64,000 nucleotides of DNA, taken from contig CAXXTH010000010.1 in the NCBI GenBank assembly GCA_963668025.2, positions 416,001 to 480,000 of the forward strand. Reading direction: 5' to 3'. Position numbers and translations under genes: made by a program. The notes below the pieces were generated by a model. That model was not told the DNA's origin, ran no database searches, and saw only the letters and a list, made by a program, of their open reading frames with translations. Position 1 is the stretch's first letter; the number at the start of each line of letters is the position of its first letter. This stretch comes from Candidatus Hydrogenedentota bacterium (GTDB taxonomy: Bacteria; Hydrogenedentota; Hydrogenedentia; Hydrogenedentales; SLHB01). Below are positions 52,064-64,000 of the stretch, one piece after another.

Positions 52064-52335
52064 TATGAATCTCGTCTTTCACGGTGTTTGCGGAATACTT
52101 GCCCTGCTATTTTTGCGGCAGTCGCATTCTGTGATGCGAAGAACAAGTAATAAACAATAGCACCTTTAGAGTTCCTCATCGGCATAGGTTCAGGTACATA
52201 CTTGAAACCCGCCACCTCTCGCAACCGTTCGCGAAACGCGTTGACGATAACTTCATTGTCTACTTTTTCCTCACCAAATAGTAAACCTTGTCCCGAACGC
52301 GTGACGTTCCGCTATGACTCATCACCCCAGAAGGT
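52063..52335 (-). pseudogene. tcmP: 3' remnant of three-Cys-motif partner protein
   Basis: Manual translation FWGDES*RNV..LFGEEK.DNE.I..AFR.RL..VAGF.YVPEPMPMRNSKGA.VYYLFFAS..; in-frame TAG at 52314-52312; TAATG coupling to DUF5131. Confidence 0.75.
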
Positions 52336-52477
52336 TTTAGCAAATGAAGAAGAGTATATTATGTACGTGCCGTTTGTTCTATGCGAGCGGGCTTGCGCCG
52401 GGGGCCGGGGAGGGCGGAATGCAACGGAGGCTCGCCTGTTGTATAGGCGTAATGCTTATCTCTGTGTTACACTGTGT

Positions 52478-53594
52478 CTCAGCGGCGAATGAGCCGGAGT
52501 GTTCACCACAGAGACACAGAGGGGCACAGAGAAGAGGACGATGAGAGTAAATGGAGGATAGGTGAGATGGCTGGTAACTCGATTGAAAAAGAATGCCCAG
52601 TTTGTTCTGCTGAGAAAGCAGCAGTAACGGAATATAATGTCACTACAAATATTGTGATTGTCCGAATTGTGGTATATACCAGATCTCGAAGACCGCCCTA
52701 AGTGAACTTAGTGGTCTAGGACCAGATCAACGGGCCGTGCTCAGCCATTGCATTTGGATGGTGCAAAAAACAATGACTGTGCCTGTAATAGATACTCAAT
52801 ATATAGAGTACGCACGAGAAAACGAGCTTCCTTCGTCGGCCGAGCAACTCGATCTGTATGTTCTGTATTTGGGTGATTGTCAAAAACACCCATCTAGTAG
52901 TCTAATAATACATACAACACAATACCTGCGTGCCAAAATAGGGGCTGTCACTGTACAAAACGTAAGCGCGATTGCCCAATGGGCGGGGGATCTTGGTATA
53001 GCAGAGATCTCCCCCGGTGACAAGACACTCAAGTTCGGCGCGACTCTAGTTTACAGGGGCTGGCAGCGCTACGAGGAACTTAAACGCGGCAAGGCCTCCG
53101 GGACGACGGCGTTTCTGGCCATGGCGTTTAAAGATAGTGAAGATCAGGACTTCATCAAGGAGCACTTCACCAAAGCGGTGGCGGAAACGGGCTTTCGGTT
53201 GCGGGATATTCGTGAAGACCCGAAGGCGGGATTGATCGACAACCACATTCGTGTGGCGATTCGTATGGCGCGTTTCGTGATCGCGGATCTGACGCACAGG
53301 AACAAGGGCGCTTACTGGGAAGCTGGCTACGCCGAAGGACTAGGAAAGCCGGTTATTTACAGTTGCAGGAGGGATGTTTTTGAGAGTGAGCATCCCGATA
53401 TAAGGCCCCATTTCGACACCAATCACTGTCAAACCGTGGTGTGGGATCCTAAGGAACCAGAAAAGGCTGTTGCTCAGTTGGCCGATACGATCCGGGCGAC
53501 GCTGCCTTTCGATGCGAAGATGCCCAAGGAGGATGTCTGATCTCTGTGTTCCTCTGTGTCTCTGTGGTGAGAGATCCGGTTCATTGGCGCCGAG
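52478..53594. mobile_element. Non-autonomous cassette bounded by about 54-bp imperfect inverted repeats (ACAGAG family)
   Basis: 52503-52532 and 53541-53570 match 28/30 as inverted repeats; similarity extends outward to 52478 and 53594. Confidence 0.6.
52567..53540 (+). pseudogene. Zn-ribbon plus nucleoside 2-deoxyribosyltransferase/TIR-like fold protein, frameshifted near 52640
   Basis: CPVC in one frame; CDCPNCG continues in the frame of ORF 52737-53540; C-domain AFLAMAF, IADLT..N.GAYWEAGYA.G.GKPVI and HFD motifs. Confidence 0.72.
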
Positions 53595-53826
53595 TAAGGC
53601 GGGCTACTCCGTCTGCTCCTGTCCTGCCGCCATTTCCTGTCTTTGCCGATGTCCAGCCGCGCCAAGGACAGGCCCGCCGTGGCCGCTGCCCCATCATCAA
53701 ATACTCCCACTAGATGACGCCATGTGGCCAGTGCATACTGCCAAATAAAGCATGCATGTATCTCCCTGTCCTTTGAAACGGCCTACCCACTATTTTCGTG
53801 GATTGCGCGGAGTCTGCGGCTCCATT

Positions 53827-57184
<3,358 letters not shown>

Positions 57185-57216
57185 GGGGCCGCAATGCCAT
57201 CGAGAGGAGCATACGG

Positions 57217-58122
57217 ATGAAAGCATCTTGTCTGAACACGGCGGCTCTCGCCGCATGGTTTGTTTGCGCAAGCGCCGCAGGGGCCGCGCCGCTGTCCATT
57301 TTCGTGAGCATACCGCCACAGGCCTATCTCGTGGAGCGGATTGCCGGTGAAGACGCCACGGTGCAGGCCCTCATCCAGCAAGGACAGGATCCGCATACAT
57401 TCGAGGCCGCGCCGCGCCAAATGGCCGCACTGGCCAAGGCGGATGCCTATTTTGAGCTGGGCGCGCTGCCCTTCGAGGCGCAGATGGTGGAGAAGATCCG
57501 CGCGGTAAACCCTGCCCTGCGCATTGAAAGCATGTCGCAAGGGATTGCGTTGCGGGAAATCGAGGAACATGGGCATGAAGGTGAAGAAGCGCATCACGTA
57601 CAAGAAGGAGGCAAAGATCCGCATATCTGGCTGGATCCGGCCCGGTTGAAGGCCATGGCGGAGAATACCGTGCGCATGCTGGCCGCGCTTCACCCGGAGC
57701 ATTCGGCTGTCTATCAAACGAACGGGGAAGCCCTCCGCCAAGAGATCGAGCGCGCGGACGCCCATGCCCGGGCGGCGTTGGAACCGTATAAAGGGGAAAC
57801 CTTTTTCGTGTATCATCCCGCGTTCGGCTATTTCGCGGATGCATACGGTTTGCATCAGGAAGCCTTGGAGATAGAAGGCAAAAGCCCGTCTCCCAGGGAA
57901 TTACAGGCGATCATCGCCGAAGCACGCGCCGCAGGCGCTAAAGCCATATTCGTGCAGCCAGGATTTGATACGAAATCGGCGGAGGCCATCGCATCGGCCA
58001 TAGGCGGCGCCGTAGCGCCCCTCGATGATCTGGCGCGGAATACGCCTCAAAATATCGAAAATATGGCGTCGAGCATCAAATCCGCTTTTGAGCCTAAAGA
58101 TGCGCCAAATGCGCAGCCATGA
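57217..58122 (+). CDS. znuA: Zn ABC transporter substrate-binding protein
   Basis: DPHTFE, His/Glu-rich loop, DPHIWLDP and YHPAFGYF motifs. Confidence 0.9.
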   Translation: MKASCLNTAALAAWFVCASAAGAAPLSIFVSIPPQAYLVERIAGEDATVQALIQQGQDPHTFEAAPRQMAALAKADAYFELGALPFEAQMVEKIRAVNPALRIESMSQGIALREIEEHGHEGEEAHHVQEGGKDPHIWLDPARLKAMAENTVRMLAALHPEHSAVYQTNGEALRQEIERADAHARAALEPYKGETFFVYHPAFGYFADAYGLHQEALEIEGKSPSPRELQAIIAEARAAGAKAIFVQPGFDTKSAEAIASAIGGAVAPLDDLARNTPQNIENMASSIKSAFEPKDAPNAQP

Positions 58123-58200
58123 CGCCTCCCTCTTGCGGAAGGCGAATGTTTATTTCTAGGGCATGCTGCTGGCGCGCATCATCGCCAAAACCAGGAATAT

Positions 58201-58962
58201 ATGGATATGCAACAGACTCCCATTATCTCCCTTCGCGGCGTATCCTTCGGGTATGGGGAGGGGCTGGTTCTGGATGGCGTGTCGCTCGACATTTGGGAGC
58301 GTGAATTCATCAGTGTCATTGGCCCAAATGGAGGCGGCAAATCCACTTTGCTGAAACTCATGCTGGGCTTGCTGCGGCCCCGTTCGGGTGAAGTGCGTGT
58401 TTTCGGTGAACCGCCCCATATCACTCGCGCCTCCATCGGCTACACGCCCCAGCACACCTTGTATGATCCCCGTTTTCCCATGAGCGTCCTGGATGTCGTG
58501 CTCATGGGCCGTCTTGGACGCCGCTGGGGGCCTTATTCGAAGGAAGACCAGGAAGCCGCCCGGGAGGCCTTAGCGGAAATGGGATTGCCCGGCATCGAGA
58601 AACGGCCATTCAGCGAGTTGTCGGGAGGCCAGCGCCAGCGAGTATTGATCGCCCGCGCCCTGGCGTCTGGCCCGAAACTCCTGCTATTGGATGAGCCCAC
58701 GGCCAACGTGGACGCCATGGCGGAAAATAAACTTCTCGAAACCTTGAAAGAACTCAACCAGCGGCTGACCATCGTGCTGGTGTCGCACGACCTCGGATTC
58801 GTATCCAGCCTGGTGAGCAGCGTCATCTGCGTGAACCGCCGGGTGGTCATCCATCCCACCAGCGATGTGACCGGCGCAGTCATCAAAGATTTGTACGGAG
58901 GTGACTACCATATGGTGCGCCATGACCACCGGTGCGCGGAAGAGGCCCACACCCATGATTGA
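58201..58962 (+). CDS. znuC: Zn ABC transporter ATPase
   Basis: GPNGGGKS, LSGGQ.QR and LDEP motifs; His-rich C-terminus. Confidence 0.9.
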   Translation: MDMQQTPIISLRGVSFGYGEGLVLDGVSLDIWEREFISVIGPNGGGKSTLLKLMLGLLRPRSGEVRVFGEPPHITRASIGYTPQHTLYDPRFPMSVLDVVLMGRLGRRWGPYSKEDQEAAREALAEMGLPGIEKRPFSELSGGQRQRVLIARALASGPKLLLLDEPTANVDAMAENKLLETLKELNQRLTIVLVSHDLGFVSSLVSSVICVNRRVVIHPTSDVTGAVIKDLYGGDYHMVRHDHRCAEEAHTHD

Positions 58963-59800
58963 TTTTTTCGCCGCTCTCGCTGATCCGGATATTCCGTTTC
59001 TCCGCAACGCCCTGTTCGCGGGGCTCCTGGCGAGCATCGCCTTTGGCATAATCGGAACCTATGTCGTCGCCCGGCGCATCACCTATATCGCCGGGTCGAT
59101 CTCCCACTGCGTGCTGGGCGGCATTGGCATCGCCTTGTATTTCCAGCGCACGGCGGAGCTGCCCTGGCTCGATCCCATTTACGGCGCGTTGGTGGCGGCC
59201 CTGCTGGCCGCGGTGATTATCGGATTCGTGTCACTATACGGCAAACAACGCGAAGATACGGTTATCGGCGCGGTATGGGCCGTTGGCATGGCCGTGGGGC
59301 TTGTGTTCTTGAAGAAGACGCCTGGGTACGTGGACCCCATGAGCTATTTATTTGGCAATATTCTCTACATTTCGCATACCGACTTATGGCTGGTCGCCGC
59401 GCTCGATGTGGCCGTGGTGGGGCTGGGCCTTTTCTTCATGAACCGGCTGCTGGCCGTGTGTTTCGATGAGGAATTCGCCCGTTTGCGCGGCGTGAACGTC
59501 GAGTTCTTTTACTTGCTGCTCCTATGCCTGACGGCGTTGACCGTTGTGCTGCTGGTGCGCGTGGTGGGGATTGTGATGGTCATCGCCCTGCTGACCCTGC
59601 CTGCCGCTGTGGCGGGCCTGCTCGCCCGGCGCATCGGCCAGATGATGCTGCTGGCCGTTATATCCTGCATGGTTTTCACCTGCATCGGCCTCGCGCTGAG
59701 CTACTCCTATGACTTGCCCTCCGGCCCGGCCATCATCCTCGTGGGCGGAGCGGCATATCTCGCCGTGCTGGGCATGCTGAAACTCGTGCGCCGCGCCTAA
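58955..59800 (+). CDS. znuB: Zn ABC transporter permease (ABC-3)
   Basis: ISH..LGG, YLFGNIL and FDEEFA motifs; start overlaps the znuC end. Confidence 0.9.
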   Translation: MIDFFAALADPDIPFLRNALFAGLLASIAFGIIGTYVVARRITYIAGSISHCVLGGIGIALYFQRTAELPWLDPIYGALVAALLAAVIIGFVSLYGKQREDTVIGAVWAVGMAVGLVFLKKTPGYVDPMSYLFGNILYISHTDLWLVAALDVAVVGLGLFFMNRLLAVCFDEEFARLRGVNVEFFYLLLLCLTALTVVLLVRVVGIVMVIALLTLPAAVAGLLARRIGQMMLLAVISCMVFTCIGLALSYSYDLPSGPAIILVGGAAYLAVLGMLKLVRRA

Positions 59801-59801
59801 A

Positions 59802-60065
59802 TCAAGTCTGATCGGAGAGGCACTTCAAATGCATTTCATGGCAATCCTCGCATTCTTCCAAAATGTGGTTGCGGGCGAATGATTCCCAGTGCTCTTTCTG
59901 TTTAGGCGAAAGCAATCCTGTCCCCTTACACAATGGGCAGGCGTTATCCAACGCGGCGAGCACGGCGTTGCGGATGAACTCCGACCGGTTCGCGATGCCG
60001 TGCAAGGCCTCACTTAGGGCTTGATCCACTTTGAAGGTGATGATTTCTGGTTTGGGACGAAGCAT
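59802..60065 (-). CDS. CopG/ribbon-helix-helix regulator with Cys/His-rich C-terminus
   Basis: IITFKVD..L...L....NRSEFIR.A (RHH) followed by CPLC, H, H, CEDCH and HLKC. Confidence 0.8.
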   Translation of the reverse strand: MLRPKPEIITFKVDQALSEALHGIANRSEFIRNAVLAALDNACPLCKGTGLLSPKQKEHWESFARNHILEECEDCHEMHLKCLSDQT

Positions 60066-60511
60066 CAGTTTTTCCTCATGCGTTGCGCCGCCTCTACGCG
60101 GCCCCGCCAGTATGGCAGAAATGCGGCTCAAGCTAAACCCAATTGATTACCCTTTTCCGGAACCGAGAGGTCTAATCATCGATATAGCACCCGTTTTTAC
60201 GCCATCCGATTTGAAACATTTCCCCAAAAATGTTCTTGCCAGACCCATACATTTTATGATATTGTCATCTATGATATCCCGCAAATGGGGCAAATTGAGA
60301 ATTGCGTGAATGCAATGATTGCTAGATCCTCGAAATATGGCTATCCCTGGGCAAAGTACGCGGATAGCATTCTCGTCATACAAAATTCTAAGAAAAGCAT
60401 TAAAGCTAGAATCGTGAACACTCGGAACAACTGGGTGCATTGCCGGGATGCCATGGCTCGTTGGACCGTATACAAGTCGCAATGTGGTACGTACATGAAA
60501 GGGGATACATT

Positions 60512-62521
60512 ATGTTGGACCGATTTTCGCTTGCAGGCAAACTAACGATCGGATTTGCTTCCGTCATTATCCTGGCCATAGCGCTCAGCGTATGGGCGAT
60601 TTACGGCATGATAAATGCCGCGAAAGGTGCGGATGAATTGGTGGCGCAAGTCGTGCCCACGCTCGAGGGCACGGCGGCGGTCAACGTGGAAGCCCAATGG
60701 ACTGCATATTATATTCTCGGTTATACACTCACTTCCGACAGTAAACGCCTTGAAACTGGTCGCGACCGGCTTAAAAATACTAAAACGAAACTCGACGAAC
60801 TGAAAATATTGGCGGATAATCAGAAAATGGATGATCTGTCCAAAAGTGTTGGCGTAGTTAGCGGAAAGATAAATGATTACGAAAAATTGATCGAGCAAAC
60901 AAAGACCTCTATTGAGGCCATGAACGGTTTAATTGTAAGCATGGGCAGCGCCGCTAATGCTTTTTTTGAAAGTGTGAAACAATCTCAAGACGCCGTCAAT
61001 AAACAAATAAAGCAGCAAATAGATGCTAATGCCACCATACAAAATGTTGCCCCTCTGTATAATGAGTTGAGCATTATAAATGAAATCATCGAACTGCAAA
61101 GCAACGCCCGCGTAGTATTCTTGAAATCTCAAGTCCAAAATGACGCGACCCTTGCGAATGAAAGTATCGAGAATTTTGCGAAAATCATTGAAAAATTGGA
61201 TTCTGTTATGGGGCAAATCACGTCCGAAGAAGATAAGCAAAGATTCGAAACAGCCAAAGCCCGTGCCGTGGAATATAAAGCAGGCATTGAAAACTACTTG
61301 CGCGAGTCTAAGAAAGTCACCGACCTAGCTAGCCAGCGCATGGATTCTGCAAAAGCCGCTATTGACACGGCGACAGAAGCAGCGGGGGCGGCCCGCAAAC
61401 GTAATGAGGAGATTTGCAAAAGCACTTCGACAAATCTGAATAGTGCATCCTTTTGGATCACAATTGGACTTGCAGTGGCTGCTTTATTAGGCCTTATCAT
61501 GGCCATCGGCATCACGCGCAGCATCACAAAGCCCATTAACCACGTGATTGATGGCCTTACCAGTGGCTCGGAGCAAGTTGAGAGTGCGGCGAATCAAGTG
61601 GCCCAATCGAGCACGCAAATGGCCGAAGGCGCCAGCGAACAGGCTTCTTCGCTCGAAGAAACCTCGGCTTCACTCGAAGAAATGACGGCCATGGTCAGCC
61701 AGAACGCCGATAACGCGCGCCAAGCCAGCAGCGGCGCTGGCCACGCCCGCGAGTCGGCCATACACGGGCGTGAAGCCATGGGGCGCATGGGCGAAGCCAT
61801 CACCATGATCAAAGAGTCTTCCGACCAGACCGCGAAAATCATTAAGACCATCGACGAGATCGCCTTCCAGACCAACCTCCTCGCGCTGAACGCCGCCGTC
61901 GAGGCAGCCCGCGCGGGCGATGCCGGCAAAGGATTCGCCGTGGTGGCCGAGGAAGTGCGCAATCTGGCCCAGCGCAGCGCCGAGGCCGCGCGCAATACCT
62001 CGGAACTCATCGAAGGCTCCCAGCGCAACGCCGACAATGGCGTGGCCGTGTCGCAGGAAGTCGCGGCCATACTGGATGAGATCGTGGGCGGCGTGCAGAA
62101 AGTGGCCCAATTGATCAATGAAGTGGCCGCCGCCACGGAAGAACAAGCACGCGGCATCCAACAGCTCAACGTCGCCGTCACCCAGATGGACCAAGTCACC
62201 CAAGCCAACGCGGCCAACTCCGAAGAAGCCGCCTCGGCCAGCGAAGAGCTGTCCGCTCAAGCGGGCGAACTCAGCAATATGGTGGGCCAACTGGTTGCCG
62301 TGGTGACGGGCTCGAGTAACAGAGCCGCCGCCAAGCAATCCAGCAAACACAAGATGAAATCTGCTCCCGCGCCTGCGCCTCGCAAAGCCTTGCCGCCCGT
62401 TCATCCGCAGCGCGTGGCCCTGCCCCCCAGAAAAAACGCGCAGCAAAGCCAGGACCAGTCACGCATCATCGGACCCGAACAGGCCATCCCCTTTGATGAT
62501 GACGACTTAGCGAATTTCTAA
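60512..62521 (+). CDS. Methyl-accepting chemotaxis protein
   Basis: Two TMs, helical periplasmic sensor, [29 protein letters not shown]-terminal DLANF pentapeptide. Confidence 0.95.
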   Translation: MLDRFSLAGKLTIGFASVIILAIALSVWAIYGMINAAKGADELVAQVVPTLEGTAAVNVEAQWTAYYILGYTLTSDSKRLETGRDRLKNTKTKLDELKILADNQKMDDLSKSVGVVSGKINDYEKLIEQTKTSIEAMNGLIVSMGSAANAFFESVKQSQDAVNKQIKQQIDANATIQNVAPLYNELSIINEIIELQSNARVVFLKSQVQNDATLANESIENFAKIIEKLDSVMGQITSEEDKQRFETAKARAVEYKAGIENYLRESKKVTDLASQRMDSAKAAIDTATEAAGAARKRNEEICKSTSTNLNSASFWITIGLAVAALLGLIMAIGITRSITKPINHVIDGLTSGSEQVESAANQVAQSSTQMAEGASEQASSLEETSASLEEMTAMVSQNADNARQASSGAGHARESAIHGREAMGRMGEAITMIKESSDQTAKIIKTIDEIAFQTNLLALNAAVEAARAGDAGKGFAVVAEEVRNLAQRSAEAARNTSELIEGSQRNADNGVAVSQEVAAILDEIVGGVQKVAQLINEVAAATEEQARGIQQLNVAVTQMDQVTQANAANSEEAASASEELSAQAGELSNMVGQLVAVVTGSSNRAAAKQSSKHKMKSAPAPAPRKALPPVHPQRVALPPRKNAQQSQDQSRIIGPEQAIPFDDDDLANF

Positions 62522-62534
62522 CTGCGTAAATAAT

Positions 62535-62576
62535 GGCCGGAGGCGATACGGAAACGCCTCCGGCCTTCAAATTTTT
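62535..62576 (+). terminator. Intrinsic terminator after the MCP gene
   Basis: GGCCGGAGGCG-loop-CGCCTCCGGCC followed by TTCAAATTTTT. Confidence 0.75.
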
Positions 62577-62767
62577 CGTAACATTTTAGACGGCTTAAGT
62601 AGCCCCTGATATTTGGCAGCCTTGTTTATTACCTTGCGCCGGTATTGATACATCATTTCGCACCTGCCGACCGACGAGGGCGTCGGTCCCACACTTTTTT
62701 TTAGCAAGTCATTTGTGGGACCGGCGCCCTCGCCGGTCATTTTTCACCACTCGGCTAAGGTGTTACC
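62577..62767. mobile_element. MITE-like element, copy 2 (with internal inverted hairpin doublet)
   Basis: Ends CGTAACATTTTAGAC and GGCTAAGGTGTTACC; shares the AAATGATGTATCAAT.CCGG.GCAAGGTAATAA.CAAG.CTGCCAAATATCA core with 41448-41588. Confidence 0.65.
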
Positions 62768-62774
62768 AATTTTT

Positions 62775-63446
62775 CTAGAATTCTACCGCCGCCGGGAAAT
62801 AGCGCACTATCGCCCGCGCCACTATTTCGTGCCCAGCCCGGTTGGGGTGATTGACCCACGACAGCAAATCCGTTAGGTCGGCCTGCTTCGCATATTCCAT
62901 GAACAGCGCCAAGCTGTCCACAAGGCCCAACCCATACTCCGACGCCAGCCCGCGCACTTGCTCCGCATGGGCGCGCAACGGCCCGCTTTCCTCTGGCGTG
63001 GCGGAAAGAAGCTGCGTCATGTCTGGCGTCGGCGTGAGGAGGATGATCTTCACGTTCCGTTTGAGCGCCGCTTCAATCATATGACGCCATGCCGTATTCG
63101 CCCGCGCCAGCCCCAGATCCCGGTCGTTCAGGCTGTAATCAATCGTTAGCACATCCGGGCGGTGGCACAATACTTCCTTCTCGAACCGCGCCGCGCCCTG
63201 CTCCGAATTCTCCCCGCCAATGGCCGTCACGATGACATTGAGCGATGCATAGGGAAACCGGTTTTTCAACGCTACATGCAGTAAATGCGGATATGCGTTA
63301 AATGTATCCACAAACGGCGTCGCGAAATACCCGGAAGGCACGCTATGCCCATGGCATACGATATTGGCCAGCCGGTTCTCCGGCCAGTACGTCCGCAAGA
63401 CGGTGGTAAGGTCTGAAAGATAGGTAAGCGAATTTGCGATTGACAT
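62775..63446 (-). CDS. SGNH/GDSL hydrolase
   Basis: GHSV.SG, A.GGENS, DY.LND and NHPNR.GH motifs; AGGAGG before ATG 63446. Confidence 0.85.
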   Translation of the reverse strand: MSIANSLTYLSDLTTVLRTYWPENRLANIVCHGHSVPSGYFATPFVDTFNAYPHLLHVALKNRFPYASLNVIVTAIGGENSEQGAARFEKEVLCHRPDVLTIDYSLNDRDLGLARANTAWRHMIEAALKRNVKIILLTPTPDMTQLLSATPEESGPLRAHAEQVRGLASEYGLGLVDSLALFMEYAKQADLTDLLSWVNHPNRAGHEIVARAIVRYFPAAVEF

Positions 63447-63570
63447 AAAAAAAGCCTCCTTTATGTGGGTAAAACCGGCGGATAATAGCATAAATCCGGA
63501 GCGGAATATTAATATGAATTCAGACTAAAGGAGGCTTCCTTCTCTTTTCCCGTGGCGAAAAAAGCGGGCT

Positions 63571-64000
63571 TTAGCTTTTGCCGTCCGCCACCTCATCTGG
63601 CACGCCCGCCAAGGCGCGGCGCACATGCTCCAACGCGACGACCGCCCCGCGCACTTGATTGAGCGCATCAAGCTGGACGAATCCAATTTCCCATTCGGCG
63701 CGGCCCTCGGGCCATTCAAACAACACCCATGCCCGGCGCTCCTCGACATGGCTGGATATGGCCAAAACGCACTCCGCAGGGAATCGCTTGCGTGTTTCAT
63801 CCACAAGCCGGGCGGCGGCGGCGTCAAGCGCTTCCGAGGCCGTGGGGGGCTGTACGAATGAGCCCGCGAAGCTATGCGCGCCCGCAGCCACCAGGCGTTG
63901 GGCGGCCGCGCCGCCGGTATAGGTTTCCGCAATGGCAAGTTTCCAGCCCCGTTCCTCGAGCATACGGTCCACGACCCCTTCTATGGTCTCGTGGCCAGTG
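63571..64000 (-). CDS. cinA: CinA-type protein, C-terminal part (5' outside window)
   Basis: T..GVV..ML.ERG.KLAIAET.TGG..A.RL pattern; the CinA-C/PncC motif looks degenerate. Confidence 0.6.
   Translation of the reverse strand, partial: TGHETIEGVVDRMLEERGWKLAIAETYTGGAAAQRLVAAGAHSFAGSFVQPPTASEALDAAAARLVDETRKRFPAECVLAISSHVEERRAWVLFEWPEGRAEWEIGFVQLDALNQVRGAVVALEHVRRALAGVPDEVADGKS

Noticed and set aside
60130-60511. c-di-GMP riboswitch or sigma54 promoter upstream of the MCP gene
   Set aside because: Only partial GGCAAA or GG-N10-GC matches, no better than chance

Overview
Bacterial chromosomal window with GC-rich genes and AT-rich, repeat-filled spacers. The VPVAG-type C-terminal anchor and the gene set suggest a Hydrogenedentota-like organism (inference only). 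Housekeeping genes are aspC, rny-ymdB-smc, metB-like, fused glyQS, recD2, a GH2 beta-galactosidase, znuACB, an MCP and a partial cinA. No rRNA, tRNA or CRISPR array was seen. Accessory features: (i) a secreted metzincin-like gene switched off by a (CT)12 tract in its signal peptide and also split by an intact ISAs1 (18-bp TIRs, 10-bp TSD), linked to a family of conserved-variable-conserved secreted paralogues (one intact, one frameshifted, one silent fragment, one stub); (ii) an IS701/IS4-like element with a wHTH passenger gene, lying between two different REP families; (iii) a DUF5131 gene with a tcmP remnant, next to a Zn-ribbon/NDT-fold gene enclosed by about 54-bp inverted ACAGAG-family repeats. 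Unusual proteins are a PilZ-TM-L,D-transpeptidase fusion, a Wzz-like protein with matched 8+8 hendecad arms, and an RHH-Cys/His regulator beside znuACB with a candidate operator. All calls come from reading motifs by eye; no database searches were run.
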